Notes under the pieces: generated by a model | The model's database searches: none | What the model was told of the DNA's origin: nothing | What the model saw: the letters and a program-made list of their open reading frames with translations, nothing else | Shown: in pieces, positions 9,557-18,519 of the stretch | Position numbering within the stretch: the first letter of the stretch is position 1 | How the letters are laid out: the number at the start of each line of letters is the position of its first letter | Assembly (NCBI GenBank): GCA_035528035.1 | Contig: DATKZI010000026.1 | Coordinates: forward strand, 187,053 to 219,052 | Length of the DNA: 32,000 nucleotides | From: Candidatus Bathyarchaeia archaeon | GTDB lineage: Archaea > Asgardarchaeota > Heimdallarchaeia > JABLTI01 | Direction: 5' to 3' | Made by a program: the position numbers and the translations under genes

Positions 9557-9766
9557 ATGTCTGAAAAAGAATTTATAGTAATTCGATGTCAAAGATGTGG
9601 TAAATATACATATGCTAAATTAAAGCAAAAAACAAGGTTTTGTAGTAGATGTGAAAAGCAATTTACTATTAATCCCTTAGAGGTTATTTACGCAGAAAGC
9701 CATAAAAAAGCAAATATTCTAGTCAAATATAAAAATGAAGAGGAAATGAAGAAGAATAAGAAATAA
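9557..9766 (+). CDS. small zinc-ribbon protein (DUF1922-like)
   Basis: The ATG at 9557 sits inside the track's GTG-started ORF. A CxxC...CxxC motif (RCQRCGK...FCSRCEK) is followed by a Lys/Glu-rich tail. Confidence 0.6.
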   Translation: MSEKEFIVIRCQRCGKYTYAKLKQKTRFCSRCEKQFTINPLEVIYAESHKKANILVKYKNEEEMKKNKK

Positions 9767-9881
9767 GATAAAAGTTATATTCTCGAAAATAGCACAAACA
9801 AACGGAAAAATATTTTAAACACAAATTTTTAAAAGCAATAGTCCAGAAAAAACTAGACATTAGATAAATGTGGTGTAAATC

Positions 9882-10076
9882 TTGAAACCAAGAGCATGGA
9901 TGATCCTAATATTAGCTGTCGGTTCTATAGCACTTGTTATTGGGATAATTTTACAAAGATATGAATTAATTCCCGAATATTTCAATATCTCTCCAACAAG
10001 AATTGAAGCATTCAGAAACTTCATTGAGCAATATATCAAAGGCATTCCAATTCCACCTCCCACAACGTGGTTCTAA
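9882..10076 (+). CDS. possible small single-pass membrane protein
   Basis: 64-aa ORF with a TTG start; an ATG at 9900 gives MILILAVGSIALVIGIILQ. It has one clear TM segment and ends 25 nt before the polyferredoxin gene. Support is weak. Confidence 0.3.
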   Translation: MKPRAWMILILAVGSIALVIGIILQRYELIPEYFNISPTRIEAFRNFIEQYIKGIPIPPPTTWF

Positions 10077-10101
10077 ATAAACTAGTACGGAGTAAAACAA
10101 A

Positions 10102-11052
10102 ATGGGAACACGAACAGAAGATTCAAAGATAAAAACATTCAGTTTACGCGTCTTAAACGCCATGAATTCAAGGAAAGTTAGATTATTACGTTGGTTAGTA
10201 CAAATTGCTTCTTTCCTCTTAGTCAATGGTGGTTTAATAGGCGTGGGTTGGACTATAGGCATTTTACCAATTAACCAACCTGGTGGAGCAACATTCACAA
10301 CAATAATAGGTGGATTTGATGCTTTTCAACAATTCTTCACTGATGGACTATTTCCGTTCTTAGTATTTGGTATAAGTTTACTAATAGGAGGCATACTTGG
10401 TAGAACCCTTTGTGGTTGGGTCTGTCCATTTGGCTTTTTCCAAGATCTACTAAGATTAGTACCAATTAAAAAATTAAAAGTCTCTAAACCAATGAATAAA
10501 AGCTTAAGAGATATTAGAGCAGTGATCTTTTGGGCTGTAATACTTGTTGCAGGTTTTGTTGGGTATAAGGAACTAATCGGTGAAAGTATTACAGGAAACT
10601 TTGGTGCTTTTGCTAATCAACCTTGGACACCATTCAATCCAGCAGCAACATTATTTGTAATGTTCTTCTATATGATCTTCTGGAAACAATATCCAGGAGG
10701 AGATGAAGACTTTTCAGCTGGTGATTGGAAATTTATGTTCTATTTTAGAATTGTAATATTACTTGTAGTAGTAATCATGAGTGTCTTAATACCAAGATTC
10801 TATTGTAGATATATTTGTCCAACAGGATATGCAATGGGCTTTACTGCAAAATATAGTTTAGTAGGAATCGCAAGAAATCCTGCAAGATGCACGCGATGTG
10901 GTAGTTGTGAAGATATGTGTGAAAAGAATGCTATGCAGGTACCTATTCTCGATTATTCCTACAAACGAGTAAGAGATGCTAATTGCAATAATTGTGGAAG
11001 TTGTTTAGATGCCTGCCCACACGGTGCAATTTATTTCAAATTTAAAGGATAG
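10102..11052 (+). CDS. integral-membrane polyferredoxin, NapH/MauN/CcoG-like (4Fe-4S binding)
   Basis: 316 aa. It has the membrane-proximal motifs CGWVCPFG and CRYICPTG, plus two C-terminal ferredoxin motifs: CTRCGSCEDMC and CNNCGSCLDACP. Confidence 0.85.
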   Translation: MGTRTEDSKIKTFSLRVLNAMNSRKVRLLRWLVQIASFLLVNGGLIGVGWTIGILPINQPGGATFTTIIGGFDAFQQFFTDGLFPFLVFGISLLIGGILGRTLCGWVCPFGFFQDLLRLVPIKKLKVSKPMNKSLRDIRAVIFWAVILVAGFVGYKELIGESITGNFGAFANQPWTPFNPAATLFVMFFYMIFWKQYPGGDEDFSAGDWKFMFYFRIVILLVVVIMSVLIPRFYCRYICPTGYAMGFTAKYSLVGIARNPARCTRCGSCEDMCEKNAMQVPILDYSYKRVRDANCNNCGSCLDACPHGAIYFKFKG

Positions 11053-11141
11053 ACTTTCAAAATTATGAAGGTATATCTTTTTTCCTTTTCTTTTACAATA
11101 AAATAACAAAATAATTTTAGATTAGTTTTTTTATCTTCAAT

Positions 11142-11900
11142 ATGAGTAAAATGATTTCAGAAATTGAGGATGCAGCACTTCTTGTAAAAAAGGCTTTTCA
11201 AAGTAAGAGTATTACTTCCTATGTTTTAACTGGTGCAGGTTTATCCAAAGGTTCTAACATACCTACTTTCAGAGGAGAAGATGGATTGTGGGAAAAATAC
11301 AAATTCGAGGAAGTAGCAACAAAAAAAGCATGGCAAAAAAATCCCGAAAAACTTTGGTTCTTTTATGCTGATGGAATAGATCTCATCCTTAAAGCACAAC
11401 CAAATCCAGCCCATTATGCTATTACTGATTTAGAAACAAATGGCTACTGTGATTATATCGTTACCCAGAACGCTGATGGTTTACATCAAAAAGCTGGTTC
11501 AAAAAACGTTTTAGAAATTCATGGCAATATTACACATGTTCGTTGTACAAAATGTAACAAAATAAAAGAATTCATTGAGCTACCAAAAATAGTCCCCCCT
11601 ATATGTGATTGTGGTGGAATGTTTAGACCTGATGTAGTTTTATTTGATGAAATATTACCTCACAAATTAATTGAGAAGGCATATAATGTCGCAAAAAAAG
11701 CAAAATTAGTAATTATCGTTGGCACTAGCGCAGAAGTAATGCCAGCAGCATATTTACCAATTTTATCAAAACAAAACAAAGCACAAATTTTAGTATTTAA
11801 TACTGAAAAAACAGAACATACAACAGTTGCAGATATTTTCATACAAGGAAAATGTGAAGAAACTTTACCATTATTCGTGAAAAAATTGCTCGAAGTATAA
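11142..11900 (+). CDS. cobB: NAD-dependent protein deacylase, Sir2 family
   Basis: 252 aa. Motifs present: GAGLSKGSNIPTFRG, TQNADGLHQKAGS, EIHGN, a Zn module CTKC...CDCGG, and GTSAEV. Confidence 0.93.
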   Translation: MSKMISEIEDAALLVKKAFQSKSITSYVLTGAGLSKGSNIPTFRGEDGLWEKYKFEEVATKKAWQKNPEKLWFFYADGIDLILKAQPNPAHYAITDLETNGYCDYIVTQNADGLHQKAGSKNVLEIHGNITHVRCTKCNKIKEFIELPKIVPPICDCGGMFRPDVVLFDEILPHKLIEKAYNVAKKAKLVIIVGTSAEVMPAAYLPILSKQNKAQILVFNTEKTEHTTVADIFIQGKCEETLPLFVKKLLEV

Positions 11901-11990
11901 GAGGAGAACAAAAACTAATTATATCCCTAGTATCGGAATATTTACATCTGAGTATTTAATCAAAGTTATCTGAAGCTTGGAGAAATAAAA

Positions 11991-13220
11991 ATGAAAATTC
12001 ATCTCGTAGTAACATTAGCAGGAGCCTTTGCATTAGATGATGAAGGGAACATAATTAATACAAGGCCATTTAAGTTAATTCCTAAAGAAGTCGCTAAAAA
12101 AATTAATGATATAAGACAAGGTATTTTGCCGAAAGAATTAGATGAGATTATTAAAGAGCATAAACAAGATGAATTTGTAGTTCAGAATGCTAATTTGGGT
12201 CATATTCTTCAAGGTATGGGATACCAAGTGAATTTCGAATTTCAAGACCAAATTATAGCTAATTTTCATAAAGATATCGTTAATAATTTATTGAATATGG
12301 GTTTTATCAAAAAAGAAGAGGAATACATCAAATATCTTCATACCACAACGATTCTCATAACAAAAGAAAAAGTAAGACAAGCCGCAGATAAGCGAGATAG
12401 ATTAATTGTTCATGCAATAGAAACGATTGATGATGTTGATAAAACATTAAACCTATTTTCAAATCGTTTGCGTGAGTTCTATGGCATGCATTTTCCTGAA
12501 TTAGTAGATGCGATAGAAAATCATTACACTTTCGCAAAAATAGTTGGTGTTACTGGTAATAAATCAAATATTGACAAGAAATTACTAGTTGAAGAAATCA
12601 ATTTACCTGAGGATAAAGCAGAAACGATTCTGGCTGATCGTGAAACCACTATGGGTTCAAATCTATTAGAACAAGATATAATGATAATTCAAGATCAAGC
12701 AAAAATAGTTGTTGACCTTTATCAAAGAAGGCAATCATTGGAAAAATGGATGGAAGAAGCAATGAAAACAGTTGCTCCTAATATCTGCGGAGTGATCAAT
12801 CCCTTATTGGGTGCTCGACTTATCTCTCTAGCAGGAAGTCTAAAAGATCTTGCGTTAAGTCCATCAAGTAAAATTCAGGTTTTAGGAGCAGAAAAAGCTC
12901 TTTATCGAACAATAAAAACTGGTGCACCACCACCAAAACATGGTATAATATTTCAAGATCCTAGACTTAATCAATCAAAATGGTGGCAGAGAGGAAAGAT
13001 AGCTCGAGTTCTTTCAGGGCGTATATCCATTGCTTCACGTATGGATTATTTTGAAGCTGAAGATAGATCAGTATTGTTTGCAAAAGAAATCACTGAGAAA
13101 ATTAATGATGTTTTGGAAAAATATCCTGACCCACCAAAAGGTCAACCAAAACAATACCCGAAAAAACCCCAAATGGGTCCACCAAATAGAAGGAAAGCTC
13201 CACCTAAAAGGAGAAATTGA
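11991..13220 (+). CDS. nop5: C/D box sRNP core protein Nop5 (Nop56/58)
   Basis: 409 aa. The Nop domain is present: APNICGVINPLLGARLISLAGSLKDLALSPSSKIQVLGAEKALYR...KHGIIFQ. It lies immediately upstream of fibrillarin, the conserved archaeal operon arrangement. Confidence 0.93.
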   Translation: MKIHLVVTLAGAFALDDEGNIINTRPFKLIPKEVAKKINDIRQGILPKELDEIIKEHKQDEFVVQNANLGHILQGMGYQVNFEFQDQIIANFHKDIVNNLLNMGFIKKEEEYIKYLHTTTILITKEKVRQAADKRDRLIVHAIETIDDVDKTLNLFSNRLREFYGMHFPELVDAIENHYTFAKIVGVTGNKSNIDKKLLVEEINLPEDKAETILADRETTMGSNLLEQDIMIIQDQAKIVVDLYQRRQSLEKWMEEAMKTVAPNICGVINPLLGARLISLAGSLKDLALSPSSKIQVLGAEKALYRTIKTGAPPPKHGIIFQDPRLNQSKWWQRGKIARVLSGRISIASRMDYFEAEDRSVLFAKEITEKINDVLEKYPDPPKGQPKQYPKKPQMGPPNRRKAPPKRRN

Positions 13221-13233
13221 GGCGATATGATAA

Positions 13234-13920
13234 ATGAATGTAGACAAGTACAAATCGTTTAAGGAAATTTATAATGTAATCTTTCCAGATAATAGCAGAA
13301 AAATTGCTACAAGAAATTTTACTCCTGGATTGAAAGTTTATGGAGAAGAATTAATTACAGTAAAAAATGTAGAATATCGTCTCTGGGATCCAACAAGGTC
13401 AAAATTAGCAGCAGCTTTAGTAAAAGGATTAAAATTCAATCCAATCGTACCAGGGTGTAAGGTTTTGTATTTAGGCGCTGCTTCAGGTACAACACCTAGT
13501 CATGTTTCTGATATAATTGGTGTTAAAGGATTTCTCTTTTGTGTTGAATTTTCTCCAAGGTCAACTCGAGATTTAGTATTCTTATGTGAAAAAAGAGAAA
13601 ATATGGTTCCTATTCTTGATGATGCTCGTTACCCTAAAAATTATGAGTTTTTAGTAGATAAAGTAGATGTTGTTTACTGTGATGTTGCTCAACCTGATCA
13701 AGCAAAAATTATTGCTGATAATGCTCATACATTCCTAAAAAGAGGAGGATATCTCCTATTGGCAATTAAAGCAAGAAGTATTAGTTCAACTAAGAATCCT
13801 TCAGTTGTCTATAAACAACAGATGGAAATCTTGGAAGAAGAAGGATATGAAATCTTAGAAGCTGTTGATTTACATCCACTCGAGAAGGACCATGCAATGA
13901 TCCTTGCAAAGTTACCTTAG
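13234..13920 (+). CDS. flpA: fibrillarin, rRNA/tRNA 2'-O-methyltransferase
   Basis: 228 aa. Motifs present: YRLWDPTRSKLAAAL, VLYLGAASGTTPSHVSDI, DVAQPDQA. Confidence 0.95.
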   Translation: MNVDKYKSFKEIYNVIFPDNSRKIATRNFTPGLKVYGEELITVKNVEYRLWDPTRSKLAAALVKGLKFNPIVPGCKVLYLGAASGTTPSHVSDIIGVKGFLFCVEFSPRSTRDLVFLCEKRENMVPILDDARYPKNYEFLVDKVDVVYCDVAQPDQAKIIADNAHTFLKRGGYLLLAIKARSISSTKNPSVVYKQQMEILEEEGYEILEAVDLHPLEKDHAMILAKLP

Positions 13921-14028
13921 TAAAAGTTTTTCATCAACAAAAGAACTAATAAACACAAATGTTATCATTAAATAATAGCTCCAAGAGAATCTATTCAAAT
14001 CCTAAAGATAAATTAGGAGTTTGACACA

Positions 14029-14904
14029 TTGAAGTTACGAAAGAATCCCTTATTAAAAATAATTAAAAACAGAAAAGCTGTATCTGAAATATTAGCTGCA
14101 ATAATGATGATTTTTATGTTCATAGCAGCAATAGGGGTAGTTTGGGCTTGGCTCTTTCCAGCCTATCAACGTTTTCAAACAACAAATACAATTAATAGTG
14201 TAAATTCGTATATGTTAAGAGTGGATGAAACATTTTATGATATCTATGGAGAAGGTGTTGGTTCAACAAAGGCTGTGAGAATGGATCCAAGTTATGGAAC
14301 TTTCATTTATGAATCGGGTAGGAATGTCAGTGTAAGATTTTCCGATGCAGGAACTACTTTTAGTGATACTTATACTCTAACTGATCTTGGAAGATTTTCT
14401 TATACTTTGAATAATCGTCGTGGAGTTATGATAAACGAAGGCGACCATAAATATCTGAAGGGACCATCAACTCAAAAGGTGTTTTTCGTTAATGGTTCGG
14501 CAGACGGGGTAGTTTACCAAGGACTAACTAATTTGACACTTTTACGTCCAGCAGAAAAAAGTATGAAAATGGAGTTAGAATACCGGGTAAGAATTTATAC
14601 ATGGTTTGACCAAACAAACAATGTTTTATCAATAACAGTTAATATTATACAAATAGATATTAAAGCAACAGATTTTTCATTCTTTAGTTATAATACCTTG
14701 AAAATTAATTATAACAGCTCTAGAACAGTTTACAGTACAACTACTAATGTAGCAACAGATTTCTATGTTGATGGATCAATAGATTCACAAAGTTTTATTC
14801 CCATTGAACGACCTTTGTTGTTTAATAAACCGAGTTCTGTTGTAAATTATGACGTAAATATAGAAATAGTTGTCAATCAATTCTTGTTATGGGTTGGTGG
14901 ATAA
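14029..14904 (+). CDS. archaeal type IV pilin-like protein (class III signal peptide)
   Basis: The TTG start is preceded by AGGAG. The N-terminus KNRKAVSEILAAIMMIFMFIAAIGVVWAW matches the archaeal pilin/archaellin N-terminal pattern (RK-G/A | VS-x-(I/V)...). The remainder is Ser/Thr/Asn-rich and looks extracellular and beta-rich. Confidence 0.65.
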   Translation: MKLRKNPLLKIIKNRKAVSEILAAIMMIFMFIAAIGVVWAWLFPAYQRFQTTNTINSVNSYMLRVDETFYDIYGEGVGSTKAVRMDPSYGTFIYESGRNVSVRFSDAGTTFSDTYTLTDLGRFSYTLNNRRGVMINEGDHKYLKGPSTQKVFFVNGSADGVVYQGLTNLTLLRPAEKSMKMELEYRVRIYTWFDQTNNVLSITVNIIQIDIKATDFSFFSYNTLKINYNSSRTVYSTTTNVATDFYVDGSIDSQSFIPIERPLLFNKPSSVVNYDVNIEIVVNQFLLWVGG

Positions 14905-15007
14905 AAAACATTCTAATAAAAGTTATATCTTTACAATGCTAACTTTTAAATACAAGCAATTAATGCAGAAATACAACTGCAGAGAAAAAACTGGAGTCTT
15001 GTACACA

Positions 15008-15316
15008 ATGGTTAAAATACCCGCAAAAATGCGTACCTACTGCAAAAAGTGCAACAAACATACATTACAGACTGTTCGTCAAGAAAAAGGTGGACGACGT
15101 GGTAGTGGTCTTGTTCTAGGTACTAGAAGAGCAAATAGACACAAGAAAGGATCTGGAAACAAAGGTAGATATTCCAAGAAAGCTATTAGTCAATCAAAGA
15201 TGGCTTCAAAAACATCACAAAAAGTTGATTTGCGTTTAACCTGTGAAAAATGTAAGGCTACTTGGGTACGAACATATCCTCGTGCAAGAGCAGTTGAAAT
15301 TGTAAAGACAACCTAA
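15008..15316 (+). CDS. rpl44e: 50S ribosomal protein L44e (eL42)
   Basis: MVKIPAKMRTYCKKCNKHTLQTV...CEKCKATW shows a zinc ribbon with 4 Cys and a basic composition. The track ORF starting at 14870 is a 5' read-through of the same frame. Confidence 0.9.
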   Translation: MVKIPAKMRTYCKKCNKHTLQTVRQEKGGRRGSGLVLGTRRANRHKKGSGNKGRYSKKAISQSKMASKTSQKVDLRLTCEKCKATWVRTYPRARAVEIVKTT

Positions 15317-15453
15317 ACTTCAATTTCTTTCTCATTTTTCATTATCATCTCTTATTTTTCAAATGAATTTAGGTATTACTTTAGTTTCTCAAAGTTAGTC
15401 ATTATATTAAAGTAAGTCTATAAGGTGTTATAGAAGAATAACTTGTGAGAATT

Positions 15454-16242
15454 ATGAGCCAAAATAATCTTAATATTATTACTAAAATAGAAAAAGAACA
15501 TAAACTGAAAAACGGTGTTTTAATACAATGCTTTCCTGGGCAAGGATTGGTTGGTAGAATAGCAGGAATGCAATTAATAGAATATTTTAATGCAAAAGAA
15601 GACGCTAAAATTTATTCAAGTCATTTTCCTCATTTGGTAATTTTTAATGGTAATTTAGGTAAACTTGTTCATGGTGAACTATGGGTGATTGAATCAACGA
15701 CTCCTCCTATAGTGGTATTGACTGGTGAAAGTCAACCTCAAGAGGGACCTCAGGGGATGTTTGAAGTATTAATTACTGCTTTAGATATAGCTATAAATTG
15801 GGGTGTAACAAAGGTAGTAGCAATTGGTGGGTTCAGACCTGCTGATATAGAGAAAACAGCTGAAGTAACTGGTTTTGCTTATAGTGAAAAAGATACTAAA
15901 ACACTCAAGCAGAATAAAATAGACTTGTTTACCGAAGGTAGAGTAAGCGGAGCTGTTGGAGTATTAACAGCTTTAGCAGCCGAAAGAGGATTAGAATCAT
16001 TTGGAATAATGGGTAAGGTTAGACCTAGTGAACAAGCACCTGCTGCTTTTGGTGTAGATCCTATTGCATCAAAGAATGTCTTGAAAGCATTGAAAGATCT
16101 TTTAGGTTTTGATATGGACTTAACAAAAATGGATGAAATGATTTCTGAAATAGAAGAATCAGAAGCAAATGCTATGAAAGCAATTGAAGACCTAAATAGA
16201 ACACAAGGTCAAAGAAGCGATAGAAGGAATTATTATTTATAG
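15454..16242 (+). CDS. PAC2-family proteasome assembly chaperone (PbaA/PbaB-like)
   Basis: The ATG at 15454 is 3 codons after the track's GTG start. The pattern LIQCFPGQGLVGRIAG... is typical of the PAC2/COG1938 family. The C-terminus ends in Y-Y-L, an HbYX-type motif. Confidence 0.7.
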   Translation: MSQNNLNIITKIEKEHKLKNGVLIQCFPGQGLVGRIAGMQLIEYFNAKEDAKIYSSHFPHLVIFNGNLGKLVHGELWVIESTTPPIVVLTGESQPQEGPQGMFEVLITALDIAINWGVTKVVAIGGFRPADIEKTAEVTGFAYSEKDTKTLKQNKIDLFTEGRVSGAVGVLTALAAERGLESFGIMGKVRPSEQAPAAFGVDPIASKNVLKALKDLLGFDMDLTKMDEMISEIEESEANAMKAIEDLNRTQGQRSDRRNYYL

Positions 16243-16250
16243 AAGAAGTA

Positions 16251-16268
16251 TTTGAGAAAAATCTCAAA
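16251..16268. terminator. hairpin between convergent genes
   Basis: TTTGAGA-AAAA-TCTCAAA lies between the PAC2 stop (16242) and the Mrp stop (16292). Confidence 0.4.
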
Positions 16269-16291
16269 TAAACTTCTATTTATTAATTAAA

Positions 16292-17131
16292 TTAATGCTT
16301 ATTTAATTCGAGTAAATTATCAATTATTTTTTCAAAAATTTCTCTAGATTTACCTTCTACAGCAACAATTGGTTTTCCTTCATCTGCTAGAGGAACAATC
16401 TTAGGATCAAGTGGTATTGCCCCTAAGAAAGGTATCTTTAATTCCTCTGCTGCTTTCTTACCGCCATCTTTGCTAAAAATATTTACTTCTTGATTGCAAT
16501 GAGGACAAACAAAACCACTCATATTCTCAATTATTCCTAAAACTTTCATACCAACTTTTTCTACAAAACTAATAGATTTTATAACATCAAGTAATGCTAC
16601 TTCTTGAGGAGTTGTTACAATTATTACTCCATCTGCTTTTGGAATCATTTGAGCAACACTAAGAGGTTCATCACTAGTTCCAGGTGGTAGATCGATAATC
16701 AAATAGTCTAAATGACCCCATTTAACATCACCTAGGAATTGGTTAATAGCACCCATTTTAAGTGGACCTCTCCAGATTACTGCATCTGCTTTATTTTCTA
16801 ATAAGAATTCCATGGAAATTACTTTTACACCAAAAGTAGATTCTATCGGAATGATTTTCTTTTGTTCTGAATCGAAATCTGGGTGTTCATTTTCCAAACC
16901 AAGCATTTTTGGTACATTAGGACCTGTAATATCAGCATCCAAAATACCAACCGAAAATCCTCGTTTAGCTAAGGCTGTAGCTATATTTATTGCAACGGTT
17001 GTCTTTCCTACTCCTCCTTTCCCACTTGCTACAACGAAAACATGATCAATGTCTTTTAGAGCAGCCATTATCTTTGCTTTAAGTGGATCAATACTGGGAA
17101 CACCAGTTGGCATTTTTACTTTTTCATTCAT
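16292..17131 (-). CDS. apbC: Mrp/NBP35/ApbC-family Fe-S cluster carrier ATPase
   Basis: 279 aa. It has the deviant Walker [10 protein letters not shown], the DxPPGTSD motif and the cluster-ligand motif CPHC. Confidence 0.92.
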   Translation of the reverse strand: MNEKVKMPTGVPSIDPLKAKIMAALKDIDHVFVVASGKGGVGKTTVAINIATALAKRGFSVGILDADITGPNVPKMLGLENEHPDFDSEQKKIIPIESTFGVKVISMEFLLENKADAVIWRGPLKMGAINQFLGDVKWGHLDYLIIDLPPGTSDEPLSVAQMIPKADGVIIVTTPQEVALLDVIKSISFVEKVGMKVLGIIENMSGFVCPHCNQEVNIFSKDGGKKAAEELKIPFLGAIPLDPKIVPLADEGKPIVAVEGKSREIFEKIIDNLLELNKH

Positions 17132-17216
17132 TATTAAACCTTCAATTATTATCCACTAAAAAGCTTCATTCTTTTTTCTTTTAAAAGTGACTGATGATTT
17201 GTTAAAGAATAAAAGA

Positions 17217-17248
17217 AAGACTGAATTAGAAAATTAACCTTCAGTCTT
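17217..17248 (-). terminator. 9-bp stem-loop downstream of the dsrH-like gene
   Basis: AAGACTGAA-(14 nt)-TTCAGTCTT. On the minus strand it follows the stop at 17265 and precedes a T-rich run. Confidence 0.4.
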
Positions 17249-17264
17249 ATATTAAGAAAAACAA

Positions 17265-17594
17265 TTAACACCAAGTTATCACTTTATCATATTGATCCAT
17301 AATAATGGATATTGCTTCATCATAATTTACCTGTTTTATTCCAGGATGAACATTTTCCGTAAAGATGCCACGAGCTTCTAAATCTTCCTTAACAGCAAAG
17401 ATGATCATGCCATTATTAGCAGCTTCAGCAATAATGTTCTGACCACCCTTCCAGCAAGCAAGAGTACTATCTTGAATGAGTAGAATGCCAATTTCGACTC
17501 CTTTATTCATTTGAGCTTTTGTGATATCAAGAAGTGTACTTTGAGCTGCACAAGTATAGATGCTTTTAGAAGTTATATAAAGTACTTTTGTCAT
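17265..17594 (-). CDS. dsrH: DsrH/TusB-family sulfur-relay protein
   Basis: The likely start is MTKVLY at 17594; the track start at 17609 abuts the upstream stop. Pattern LLIQDSTLA...IFAVKEDLEARGI matches TusB (LLLLQDGV...VYALNEDLIARGL). Confidence 0.8.
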   Translation of the reverse strand: MTKVLYITSKSIYTCAAQSTLLDITKAQMNKGVEIGILLIQDSTLACWKGGQNIIAEAANNGMIIFAVKEDLEARGIFTENVHPGIKQVNYDEAISIIMDQYDKVITWC

Positions 17595-17609
17595 TAATCT
17601 AACCTCCAT

Positions 17610-17969
17610 CTAAAGAGCAATTGTTGCATCTGCAAGCAACAAAAGATCACTTAATTCTTGTATAGAGATAATTTTTACCTCTAAACCGGAATCTAAATCT
17701 TCAGGTTTTATTCCTCTTTGTTTCAATGAAGATTCACAAGCGAATATTGGTATATCATATCTGTGCATTGATTCAAGTGCACCTATAACAGAATGATGAC
17801 CTATTCCATCAGGTTTTTGATTTTTGATCAGATTAAAGACTCCATCGTCAATAAAAATAGCATCTGTTTCGACATCTAGAACTAATAAACCTTGAGCTAC
17901 TCGAATACCTTCTAAACTATTGATTTGTCCGTAAGGTCCCTTACGAAATATAACAATAACTTTCTCCAT
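17610..17969 (-). CDS. dsrF: DsrF/TusC-family sulfur-relay protein
   Basis: 119 aa. Pattern GPYG...EGIRVAQGL...IFIDDGVFNL...QKPD...IFACESSLKQRGI closely parallels E. coli TusC. Confidence 0.85.
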   Translation of the reverse strand: MEKVIVIFRKGPYGQINSLEGIRVAQGLLVLDVETDAIFIDDGVFNLIKNQKPDGIGHHSVIGALESMHRYDIPIFACESSLKQRGIKPEDLDSGLEVKIISIQELSDLLLLADATIAL

Positions 17970-17980
17970 GAGTGTTCCCT

Positions 17981-18346
17981 CTATGCTGTAAAGATTAAGA
18001 TACGATCAGAGTCTTCAACGAATTCGCTAAGAGCTCCTAGACCATCAAAATTAGTTCCTTCTAGTAATAGGTCATTATTTTGTGTCCCACGATATTCAGC
18101 ACAAATTGGACAAGCAACAACTTTAACTCCTTTAGCAGCAAGCTCTTTGAAGAGTTCAGCTATGTTTCTATCCCGATCATCAGATGGTTTAATCGTATTT
18201 ACATTATTATAAACACCATCAGTATACAAGTAAATTCCAGTAACCTCATGTCCAGCTTTTAGAGCTGCATTTGCTAATTTTATTACAGTATCCGAATTCT
18301 GGAAACTATAAGGTGAGGTCATTAAAAGAAATGCCAGTTTACCCAT
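17981..18346 (-). CDS. dsrE: DsrE/TusD-family sulfurtransferase
   Basis: 121 aa. Pattern SPY...AALKAGHEVTGIYLYTDGVYN...VVACPICAEYRG...GLGALSEF parallels TusD. The active-site Cys is in register, with G at +8. Confidence 0.85.
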   Translation of the reverse strand: MGKLAFLLMTSPYSFQNSDTVIKLANAALKAGHEVTGIYLYTDGVYNNVNTIKPSDDRDRNIAELFKELAAKGVKVVACPICAEYRGTQNNDLLLEGTNFDGLGALSEFVEDSDRILIFTA

Positions 18347-18519
18347 TTTTATTTCACCTTGAATACTAAAATCAAACGAATTGATAAATGTTTAAGTGAT
18401 TTGGTTTAAAAACTAATGTTTTCTCACCTTAGAAAATAAATACTAAAATTTATTTAAAGAACATATAACATAGTATCAAATTTATATTATTAAATAAACC
18501 TTAAGGAATTTTGAATATA

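Noticed and set aside
9966-10298. 110-aa minus-strand ORF
   Set aside because: It is antisense to the polyferredoxin gene and the small upstream ORF and shows no motifs.
13030-13253. 66-aa (+) and 61-aa (-) ORFs across the nop5/flpA junction
   Set aside because: They overlap the Nop5 tail and the fibrillarin start in other frames. The nop5-flpA operon fully explains the region.
14870-15007. N-terminal 46-aa extension of the L44e ORF in the track
   Set aside because: The recognisable L44e sequence begins at MVKIP (15008). The extension overlaps the end of the pilin-like CDS and has no ribosomal-protein character.
15317-15444. Possible C/D box sRNA or missing S27e gene downstream of L44e
   Set aside because: There is no RUGAUGA/CUGA box pair with a terminal stem on either strand, and no small Cys4 ORF. 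The region looks like plain AT-rich spacer and promoter.
17925-18262. Two plus-strand ORFs (95 aa and 60 aa)
   Set aside because: They are antisense to the strongly supported dsrE and dsrF homologues.
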